Below, piece after piece: positions 1-6,917 of a stretch of DNA of 64,000 bases; positions within the stretch are counted from its first letter, which is position 1, and every line of letters begins with the position of its first letter. The translations under genes and the position numbers were made by a program. The stretch is from a virus. Under the pieces are notes generated by a model. It was not told the DNA's origin. It made no database searches and worked only from the letters and a program-made list of their open reading frames with translations. Where the stretch lies: IMG/VR virus record IMGVR_UViG_3300002835_000024; one strand, given 5' to 3'.

Positions 1-24
1 ATAAATGACTTCTAGGAGATCACA

Positions 25-441
25 TTGTTAAAAGAATCCCTTTCTGCTATTATCAACAAAGCCGCACAAATAGACGATACCAAAGAGCGAGTAGAATTCC
101 TTCGAAGGCATGAGTCGGCGCCACTAAAGGTTGTGTTGAGGTGTGGCTTACACCCAAAAATTAATTGGCTTTTAGAACCAGGAACGCCTAAATATAAACC
201 GAATAGAGAATATCCTGACCTTCAGGGTATGTTATATTCGAGGACTAGACTTTTATATATGTTTATAGATGGAACTGGCAATCATATTCCGCCACAGAAA
301 AGAGAAAAGCTGTTTGTTGAGATGTTAGAATCGATTCTTCCTGAGGATGCAGAGCTTCTCATACAAGTTAAAGACAAACAGCTACCAAAAACTATAAACA
401 AAAATATTTTCAATAAAGCTTTTCCAGCAGAAAAAATCTAA
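25..441 (+). CDS. Conserved hypothetical protein of T4-like phages
   Basis: 138-aa ORF with AGGAG RBS. The C-terminus (KREKLFVEMLESILPEDAELLIQVKDK) resembles a family common in marine/freshwater T4-like phages. Confidence 0.6.
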   Translation: MLKESLSAIINKAAQIDDTKERVEFLRRHESAPLKVVLRCGLHPKINWLLEPGTPKYKPNREYPDLQGMLYSRTRLLYMFIDGTGNHIPPQKREKLFVEMLESILPEDAELLIQVKDKQLPKTINKNIFNKAFPAEKI

Positions 442-452
442 GAGAGAGGGAA

Positions 453-626
453 ATGGGAAAAACCATTAATAATAGAAGATACTTTCAAGATCTAGAAGAG
501 GACTATGATGTTTGGGATACAGACCGAGAAGGCAACCGTCGAAAGCGAAAAGAGAAACGCATCGACAGAGCTCTCAGGACTAAAAACATTCAGGAACTGG
601 TTGACCTAGACGAAGAGTTGGATTGA
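453..626 (+). CDS. Small charged hypothetical protein (57 aa; not in ORF track)
   Basis: GAGAGG RBS, ATG at 453, MGKTINNRRYFQDLEED...DLDEELD, TGA at 624-626. Fills the gap between flanking genes. Confidence 0.6.
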   Translation: MGKTINNRRYFQDLEEDYDVWDTDREGNRRKRKEKRIDRALRTKNIQELVDLDEELD

Positions 627-1363
627 TTGTGCAAGAAAACCTCAATACTGTTATCGCTAAAATAACAAAAACCGGAGAATATAAATCTTCCGGGCGAAAT
701 TTTACAGCTTTATCAGTTTGGGATATAGATGACACTTTGTATACGACGCCAGGAATAAAAATTTTATTAAAAGATCCTAAGACGAAAAAAATTATTAGAA
801 CATTAACTACTGCAGAGTATGCTAATCATCACAAATCGAATGATTATGAATATGATTTTTCTCAATTCACTGATCCACAATATTTTTCTGATAAAGCCAT
901 AAAAACAACTTTGTTTAATAAAGCTATACAAGAATTTAGGGATAAATCAAATTTTTTTATAATATTGACAGCAAGAAGCAATATGTCCATCAAAAGTCAA
1001 AATGATAAAAAAATAGAAAATGAAATGTTTACAGCAATGACACCACAGCAACGAATAAAAATGCAAGAACAAAGTGCAAAAGAAATATTTTTAAAAAAAT
1101 TTAGAAATGATGGATTGCAAATATACAAAAACGATCCAGGCGCGCATGTAATAAGAATGGGGTCTTTGAGTGCTGGATATGATAAGGGTAAAGTCATAGC
1201 TGAAATATTGAGAGCGGCTGATAAATCTCAAACCAAAATACAATCAGTAAAATATTGGGATGATAGTTCTGAAGAAATAAAAAATATGCGAACAGCCTCG
1301 TCGTTGTTTAAAAATATTAAATTTACTATAACAGAAGTACCGAGAAAACATGCCAACTTATAA
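623..1363 (+). CDS. HAD-superfamily hydrolase/phosphatase
   Basis: Motif I WDIDDTL (DxDxT), motif II IILTAR, motif IV YWDDS. Confidence 0.7.
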   Translation: MIVQENLNTVIAKITKTGEYKSSGRNFTALSVWDIDDTLYTTPGIKILLKDPKTKKIIRTLTTAEYANHHKSNDYEYDFSQFTDPQYFSDKAIKTTLFNKAIQEFRDKSNFFIILTARSNMSIKSQNDKKIENEMFTAMTPQQRIKMQEQSAKEIFLKKFRNDGLQIYKNDPGAHVIRMGSLSAGYDKGKVIAEILRAADKSQTKIQSVKYWDDSSEEIKNMRTASSLFKNIKFTITEVPRKHANL

Positions 1364-1661
1364 GTTTAAAAACAGAAAAACTGGTGACGAGTTTACAGAG
1401 TTTATGAAAATCTCAGAGCTTGATCCATACAAAGAAGCAAATCCAGATCTCGAGCAGGTTCCAAACGGAGCTCCTCTTATTGCTTATAGAAATCTAGGCA
1501 GTGAGATAAAAGTTGATGGCGGGTTCAAGGAAGTTCTACAGAAAGCAGCCGAGGCGCATCCCCTTTCTCCACTGGCAGATAGATATATGAAGAAAACAGC
1601 AAAACAGTTGAAAACTGAAGAAGTCGTCAAAAAACACAGAAGGCGTTCCGGTAAAACATAG
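1350..1661 (+). CDS. FmdB-like small protein conserved in T4-like phages
   Basis: MPTYKFKN...TGDEF N-terminus and DGGFKEVLQK; typically found just upstream of phage phoH. Confidence 0.55.
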   Translation: MPTYKFKNRKTGDEFTEFMKISELDPYKEANPDLEQVPNGAPLIAYRNLGSEIKVDGGFKEVLQKAAEAHPLSPLADRYMKKTAKQLKTEEVVKKHRRRSGKT

Positions 1662-1673
1662 TAAAGGGTAGTT

Positions 1674-2423
1674 ATGAAAAGATTGTCCAGAAAACAAAGA
1701 AGAATGATAGAACATGGAGATCTTGACGAAAGCGAAATCTTGAAAGAAAAAATCTTCAAGATACGTACCGTAAAACCGATAACTGAAAACCAAAAACAGG
1801 CATTCGAAGATTTTTATGAAGATCAAAATCTTCTGCTCACGGGATCTGCAGGAACGGGCAAAACGTTTATAGCGTGTTATCTAGGTTTGAATGAAGTTTT
1901 GCAAAATCCAGAAACCTACAATAGTTTGACAATTGTCAGGTCAGTTGTTCCAACAAGAGACATGGGATTTATCCCTGGCAAGATTCAAGAGAAGCAACAA
2001 ATCTATGAGATGCCATATGTTTCTATTTTTCAAGAAATGTCTCTTGATGATGATAAAAAATCCTATGACAAACTAAAGGGGGATGGTCTGGTCAATTTCA
2101 TCAGCACCTCTTTTATTCGTGGGCACACCCTTAGAAACACTATCGTTGTTGTTGATGAGATTCAGAATATGAATTTCAACGAACTATGGACGGTGATTAC
2201 CAGAATTGGAAAAAACTGCAGAATCATTTTTTGTGGTGATATTAAACAGAACGATCTCTATAATCAAAGACAGCAGTCTGGATTTGAGAACTTCTTCAAG
2301 ATCATCAATAATATGCAATCGTTTTCTACCACAGAATTTAACGTGAATGACATCGTTAGAAGTGACGTTGTTAAACAGTTTATCACAGCAGCCGAAAAAC
2401 TCAACATATCACCAAATACGTAA
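1674..2423 (+). CDS. phoH: PhoH-family ATPase
   Basis: Walker A GSAGTGKT, MGFIPG, RGHTL, Walker B VVDEIQN, GDIKQND. Confidence 0.92.
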   Translation: MKRLSRKQRRMIEHGDLDESEILKEKIFKIRTVKPITENQKQAFEDFYEDQNLLLTGSAGTGKTFIACYLGLNEVLQNPETYNSLTIVRSVVPTRDMGFIPGKIQEKQQIYEMPYVSIFQEMSLDDDKKSYDKLKGDGLVNFISTSFIRGHTLRNTIVVVDEIQNMNFNELWTVITRIGKNCRIIFCGDIKQNDLYNQRQQSGFENFFKIINNMQSFSTTEFNVNDIVRSDVVKQFITAAEKLNISPNT

Positions 2424-3125
2424 ATGAAAAAGAAATTCAAACATAATCTAGTTTGGCCTACTCCGGATTTAGAAACGGAAATCATCAACGGTGGTCGACA
2501 TTATATCGTAAGAGAAGATGTTAAGTTTCCAAGCGTCACAACTATTCTTGATGGCACAGCAGATAAGACTTGGCTACAAGAATGGAAAGCCAGAGTTGGT
2601 GAAGAAGAAGCTGAAAGAATATCAAATCGTGCTAAGAACAGAGGAACTCTTATGCATGAGATGGCGGAAGATTATACGCTAAACAAAGAATTGAAACCTG
2701 TTTCTCCCATCGCAACTATGGTCTTTCAACCCATCAAAAAGAAACTTGACGCCCACGTAGACGAAATAATGTTTGTAGAGGGATGTCTTTGGAGCGAGAA
2801 CCTACGAGTAGCAGGACGTTGTGATCTTATTGCATGCTGGGATGGAGTACCAGCCATCATAGATTATAAGACTGCTTCGAAAGAAAAATGCAAATCGCAT
2901 ATCACAGATTATTTTCTTCAAACATCTTTGTACTCGTATATGTTTTGGGAAAGAACCAATATTCTGGTTGATGATATCGTTATCCTGATATCGGTAGAAG
3001 ATGACCCAGAGGCTCAGGTTTTCCGAGTAAAAGCTTCAGATTATTTACAGGAAGCCAAAGGTAGGATAAAAGCCTATGAAAAAGCTTGTCTCGAGAGGCT
3101 CGAGAGGCGTTTAGAGCCCATATAA
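2424..3125 (+). CDS. PD-(D/E)XK exonuclease (phage Cas4-like/RecB-like)
   Basis: FPSVTTIL, RGTLMH, AGRCD, IIDYKT, YFLQTSLY. Confidence 0.85.
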   Translation: MKKKFKHNLVWPTPDLETEIINGGRHYIVREDVKFPSVTTILDGTADKTWLQEWKARVGEEEAERISNRAKNRGTLMHEMAEDYTLNKELKPVSPIATMVFQPIKKKLDAHVDEIMFVEGCLWSENLRVAGRCDLIACWDGVPAIIDYKTASKEKCKSHITDYFLQTSLYSYMFWERTNILVDDIVILISVEDDPEAQVFRVKASDYLQEAKGRIKAYEKACLERLERRLEPI

Positions 3126-3253
3126 GGCTTTCCTAGCCCCTCCCCAGAGAGCGCACTCTCGGGCTCGAGAGAGGCTTTTAGGGGGTTTAAAAAACCTAAT
3201 AAAAACAAGGGGCGTAATATTAACGTTTTTTAATGAAAAAGTTAGAAAAAAGG

Positions 3254-3282
3254 TTGTTTTTTCTCTCTTAGCCGAGTATACT
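3254..3282 (+). promoter_or_regulatory. Putative sigma70-type early promoter with upstream A/T tracts
   Basis: TTGTTT(3254-3259)-N17-TATACT(3277-3282), upstream of the DUF932 gene. Confidence 0.5.
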
Positions 3283-3329
3283 GACAATATCGCGTTGAAG
3301 CGAATAACTCTTTTGAAGGATCTTATATT

Positions 3330-4343
3330 ATGGCACATATGCTTGAGCGTCTCGCTGATGGTTCTTACTCTATGGCTTGGACTGGCGAAACGCCTTGGCA
3401 CGGTCTCGGGAAGCAAGTTCCTGCTGACCTCACTCCCGAACAAATCATGAAAGAGGCTAATCTCGACTGGGAAGTCGAAAAGGTTCCCGCCTATGCCGAT
3501 ATCACAGTCGGTAAGAAAGTCGAGCGAGTCGCAGTTGGTCGTTCTGCTCTTGTCCGCAAGACGGACGGAAAAGTTCTTGACGTAGTTGGCGATGACTGGA
3601 ATCCTCTGCAAAATGCCGATGCTTTCCAGTTCTTCAATGACTTCATTGCAGCTGGTGACATGTCTATGCATACCGCTGGATCCATTCAGGATGGACGGCG
3701 AGTTTTCGCCCTCGCTAAAGTGAACGAGTCCTTCGAAGCAGTCAAGGGCGATCGTGTTGATTCGTACCTTCTTCTTTCGAATCCCCACCTTTATGGCAAG
3801 ACCATCGACATTCAGTTTACGCCCATTCGGGTTGTTTGCTGGAATACTCTTTCGATGGCTCTTCAGGGTTCGGATCGCAATCGTGTCGCGGTTTCCCACC
3901 GTACTGAGTTCAATGGCGATTCAGTGAAAGAAATGCTGGGTATCGCCAAAGAAAAGCTTCAGACCTATAAAGAAGCTTCCCAGTATCTTTCTTCGAAGCG
4001 TCTGCTGAATGAGACTGCCACTGAGTATTTCTCTCGCGTGTTCGGAACTAAGATGACCAAGAAAGAAGAGAAAGCTTCGGAGCCTTCACGAAACGCTCGG
4101 ATCGCCCTCGATATGCTGCAACAGCAACCTGGAGCCCAGTTCGCCGAAGGCAGTATGTGGCAAGGATTCAATTCCGCTACGTTTGTTATTGACCATATCA
4201 TCGGTCGAAACAATGACAATCGTATGAATTCCGCTTGGTTTGGTTGGGGTCGTACTAAGAAGATCGAAGCAATGAAGATCGCTATGGAGATGGCAGATTC
4301 GGCTCCTGATCTCAGGTCTAAACGCCAGAAAGTTGCTGCATGA
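3330..4343 (+). CDS. DUF932 / phage-plasmid-like (TIGR03299-type) protein
   Basis: MAWTGETPWHGLG, PLQNADAFQFF, TAGSIQDGRRVF, FTPIRVVCWNTL, WQGFNSAT. Confidence 0.85.
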   Translation: MAHMLERLADGSYSMAWTGETPWHGLGKQVPADLTPEQIMKEANLDWEVEKVPAYADITVGKKVERVAVGRSALVRKTDGKVLDVVGDDWNPLQNADAFQFFNDFIAAGDMSMHTAGSIQDGRRVFALAKVNESFEAVKGDRVDSYLLLSNPHLYGKTIDIQFTPIRVVCWNTLSMALQGSDRNRVAVSHRTEFNGDSVKEMLGIAKEKLQTYKEASQYLSSKRLLNETATEYFSRVFGTKMTKKEEKASEPSRNARIALDMLQQQPGAQFAEGSMWQGFNSATFVIDHIIGRNNDNRMNSAWFGWGRTKKIEAMKIAMEMADSAPDLRSKRQKVAA

Positions 4344-4367
4344 TATAACTAAAAACTTCGCCTAAAT

Positions 4368-4397
4368 ATGATCAGTGGGTTTGGGCCCACTGATCAT
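4368..4397 (+). promoter_or_regulatory. 12-bp perfect hairpin upstream of endolysin
   Basis: ATGATCAGTGGG-TTTGGG-CCCACTGATCAT, with no following U-tract. Confidence 0.6.
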
Positions 4398-4416
4398 CTG
4401 CATGTGAGGTTTTAAA

Positions 4417-4911
4417 ATGGCTAAGAGAGAATTAGTTAGTAAGAATTTTTTTCTTGATGAGTTTACATATTCGCCGACAGCCAAGTCGTTCAAGATGAAT
4501 AATGAACCTAATGCAGAGGCGAAAGCAAATCTTAGAAATATCATCAAGAAAATCGCCCAACCAGTCAGAGATAATTTTAAAAAGCCTCTGAAGATTAATT
4601 CTGGTTATAGATCGCCTCAAGTAAATGTTGCAGTGGGTGGAGCATCAAAATCTCAACATACTACGGGAGAGGCTATTGACATAGAAATTGAGGGCGTCTC
4701 AAATAAAGTTTTGGCTGATTGGATCGATAAGAATTTAGAGTACGACCAACTTATTCTAGAATTTTATAATCCAATGCAAGGAGTCAACTCTGGTTGGGTT
4801 CATGTTTCTCTTAGAAAAACTGGCAAAAACAGAAAAAATAAATTGGTTGCTTATAAAGACGGCAAAGCTACACGTTATGAAATGGTAACAGATTTCACTA
4901 AAGTAAAGTAA
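4417..4911 (+). CDS. Peptidase M15A-family endolysin
   Basis: SKNFFLDEF, INSGYRS, SQHTTGEAID, DQLILEF, GWVHVS (H/D/H zinc ligands). Confidence 0.88.
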   Translation: MAKRELVSKNFFLDEFTYSPTAKSFKMNNEPNAEAKANLRNIIKKIAQPVRDNFKKPLKINSGYRSPQVNVAVGGASKSQHTTGEAIDIEIEGVSNKVLADWIDKNLEYDQLILEFYNPMQGVNSGWVHVSLRKTGKNRKNKLVAYKDGKATRYEMVTDFTKVK

Positions 4912-4921
4912 GGAAATCAGA

Positions 4922-5032
4922 ATGAAGAATAATTTTTTCATGTCTACTATAGACGCTATTATGTCTCTGGTTGGCATTTTCGGATTTGTTGATAATATGA
5001 AAGCCGCATTCGCGAGGAAACCTCGTGTTTAA
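4922..5032 (+). CDS. 36-aa peptide with hydrophobic core (not in ORF track)
   Basis: AAGGA RBS, MKNNFFMSTIDAIMSLVGIFGFVDNMKAAFARKPRV. Confidence 0.35.
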   Translation: MKNNFFMSTIDAIMSLVGIFGFVDNMKAAFARKPRV

Positions 5033-5063
5033 AATTTGTGATTTGTTTAAAAGGAATAAAAAT

Positions 5064-5297
5064 ATGTCAAAACATGTTTGGGAAATCTATAGAGACAAAG
5101 CTGGTGAATGGCGTTATCGTATTCTGGCCGAAAACGGCAGAAACGTAGGCTCCTCTGGTGATGGGGTTAAAAATCTAGATGACATATATGAAACAGTCAG
5201 TAGACTTAGAAAACCTCAAGACGATATTTCCATTTTGACTAACAATGAAGGAAACGTTTCTCCGGGTGATAAACAATTCCTTAGCGAGCATGAATAA
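5064..5297 (+). CDS. YegP/DUF1508-family protein
   Basis: WEIYRDKAGEWRYRILAENGRNVGSS.DG. The ATG at 5064 follows AAGGA. Confidence 0.75.
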   Translation: MSKHVWEIYRDKAGEWRYRILAENGRNVGSSGDGVKNLDDIYETVSRLRKPQDDISILTNNEGNVSPGDKQFLSEHE

Positions 5298-5301
5298 ACG
5301 C

Positions 5302-5332
5302 TTGACTTATAGGTCAGAAAAAGGTATAAATA
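5302..5332 (+). promoter_or_regulatory. Composite promoter: sigma70 -35/-10 overlapping a T4 late box
   Basis: TTGACT(5302-5307)-N17-TATAAATA(5325-5332). Confidence 0.75.
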
Positions 5333-5337
5333 GGTTG

Positions 5338-5450
5338 TAGTAGAGTTTCGATGACGATGATCTGGACCAATGAATTTTGGCGTTAGACTAAGATCTCCTT
5401 ATTTTGGGAGTACGTGGGGGTGGATCCCACTCGTTGTTGAATGACTACTA
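5338..5450 (+). ncRNA. Unassigned structured RNA (multibranch, tRNA-like 3' domain)
   Basis: Starts at the predicted TSS. The ends pair (TAGTAG/CTACTA; TTCGATGACGA/TCGTTGTTGAA with G-U pairs). Internal hairpins: CCAA/TTGG, CTCCT/GGGAG and GTGGG-7nt-CCCAC. Confidence 0.55.
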
Positions 5451-5472
5451 ATAAATTGCTAGGAGTGTTTGT

Positions 5473-6264
5473 ATGGGTAAATTATTACAAATTATAAAAG
5501 AAACTCTTTCTGATTATAAAGTAATAGTTTCGCCTCATCCCATTCACTATAGGCGTCCTTATGGAATTTCCAATTTAGACTCAGCAATGTCAGAAGCTTC
5601 TCGAGTCAAAGCTTCTCCAGTCAGTGCTTTAGAACCAGATGAAAAATCTCTAGACGAAATATCAGAAAAACTGACAAAGGACAGGCCAAAAATTTCAGAA
5701 ACCCAAGCAGGTCATGTTGAAGATTATACTACTGATGAAACTGGATCTTCTTATCATATCAATACTTCTCTTATTGACGCGCATAACAATGGAACGCACC
5801 CTGAAGGAGATATGATATATGAAGATAAACGAATTCATCGCACTATTTCAAAATTAACTGAGAATCCAATTGGTCACAGTGTTGATCTTTATTCTGGTGT
5901 TGGGTTTGATCCTGAAAAACTATTAGGTGGTTCTTCTAATTCCATATTGCATCTACCCGCCCACACATCAACGACACATTCTCCTCTCGTCGCGCTTAAA
6001 CACGCCATGGACAATCGTCCGAGAACTGGCAAAGGTAATGGGAATGCTGGCAACACAGCCCACATAATTAAAATTTCTACCACACCAAAAACAAAAGGAT
6101 TTCATGTTGGTGATTTGTCTGAGTTCAATAATGAACGAGAAACAATTTTACCAGCCAAAACAAACTTGATACATTCACATACAACAATGCATACAGATGA
6201 GAATAATCCAAATATAAAAGTGAAAATACATCATTTTGCGGTTCATTCTCAGGAAAACGATTGA
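5473..6264 (+). CDS. ADP-ribosyltransferase-like protein (VIP2/Alt/Mod fold)
   Basis: DYT...SYHINTSL, LYSG (in place of YRG), HTSTT, LSEFNNERETILP (ExE). Confidence 0.72.
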   Translation: MGKLLQIIKETLSDYKVIVSPHPIHYRRPYGISNLDSAMSEASRVKASPVSALEPDEKSLDEISEKLTKDRPKISETQAGHVEDYTTDETGSSYHINTSLIDAHNNGTHPEGDMIYEDKRIHRTISKLTENPIGHSVDLYSGVGFDPEKLLGGSSNSILHLPAHTSTTHSPLVALKHAMDNRPRTGKGNGNAGNTAHIIKISTTPKTKGFHVGDLSEFNNERETILPAKTNLIHSHTTMHTDENNPNIKVKIHHFAVHSQEND

Positions 6265-6291
6265 CAAACTATAAAATATAGGGTATAAATA
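6261..6291 (+). promoter_or_regulatory. Composite promoter for tmRNA: consensus -35 plus T4 late box
   Basis: TTGACA(6261-6266)-N17-TATAAATA(6284-6291). Confidence 0.8.
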
Positions 6292-6295
6292 GTCT

Positions 6296-6612
6296 TAATG
6301 ATAGTAAACTGATGGGTGTTAAAGCAAGCAAGACGAGGGTGCGAATCCCTCCGCCTCCACCAAAAGCAGTATGTAAAGGTTGTTGACCTTCATCATATGC
6401 TAGCTAGGTAAGTAGAATTCTTACTACATACTGTTTTTGATGGGGGCGAATTAGGATCGATTGGTTGTGAATAAATCCAAAGGCTATCCGGATGTTCTCC
6501 GTTAAACGAACAAAAACTAGAAATGCCAACGATAACGAAGTTGCATTTGAGACTCGCCTAGCGGCATGATCTCGACGGGCACGGAGGACGCCTTGGAACA
6601 GAAGTTCCTCCA
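6296..6612 (+). ncRNA. ssrA: Circularly permuted (two-piece) tmRNA, alphaproteobacterial type
   Basis: The acceptor piece ends GAGGGTGCGAATCCCTCCGCCTCCACCA (6362). Intervening sequence 6363-6441. The coding piece starts GGGGGCGAATTAGGATCGA (6442). Tag frame 6525-6569 = ANDNEVAFETRLAA*. 3' GGAACAGAA hairpin. Outer ends approximate. Confidence 0.93.
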
Positions 6613-6643
6613 CTAATCTTAACATGTTAAAGGAATGAATAAA

Positions 6644-6826
6644 ATGAAATATATTGCTGCTGCTCTTGTTCTCTCTCTTGCCGCCTGCTCGCAAGAAGCT
6701 CCTGTTGCTCCTCCGGTCGAGCCTGCTCCTCCAGTTGAAACACCAACTCCTGTTGCTCCTGCTGAGCCGCCTGCTGTTGTTGAACCTGTCAATCCCGCTG
6801 AAGCTGCAACCACTGTAGCTCAGTAG
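6644..6826 (+). CDS. Small Pro/Ala/Glu-rich lipoprotein
   Basis: Signal peptide II MKYIAAALVLSLAA-C with lipobox LAAC and Ser at +2; mature part EAPVAPPVEPAPPVETPTP... Confidence 0.75.
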   Translation: MKYIAAALVLSLAACSQEAPVAPPVEPAPPVETPTPVAPAEPPAVVEPVNPAEAATTVAQ

Positions 6827-6838
6827 TTTATAGGAAAG

Positions 6839-6870
6839 TTATCCAAGGTTACTAACATAACCTTGGATAA
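6839..6870. repeat. 13-bp perfect inverted repeat between lipoprotein and TBDR genes
   Basis: TTATCCAAGGTTA-CTAACA-TAACCTTGGATAA, extendable imperfectly to about 6829-6878. Confidence 0.75.
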
Positions 6871-6917
6871 TTTCTATATAATTTGGTCAAATATCATGAA
6901 TTCGAGAGGAACGGAGA

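Noticed and set aside
3111-3899. 262-aa minus-strand ORF
   Set aside because: Antisense shadow of the GC-richer DUF932 gene, with no recognisable motif. The same applies to the many short antisense ORFs over genes 32, 7, 8 and the fibres
6331-6362. Apparent tRNA 3' half or integration-site (att) remnant
   Set aside because: Explained as the acceptor piece of the permuted tmRNA; no integrase in the window
6404-6694. 96-aa minus-strand ORF
   Set aside because: Overlaps the tmRNA coding piece antisense; no support
6870-6917. Pho box, Fur box or cobalamin riboswitch upstream of the TBDR
   Set aside because: No 11-bp-periodic TGTCA repeats, no clear Fur consensus, and too little space for a riboswitch
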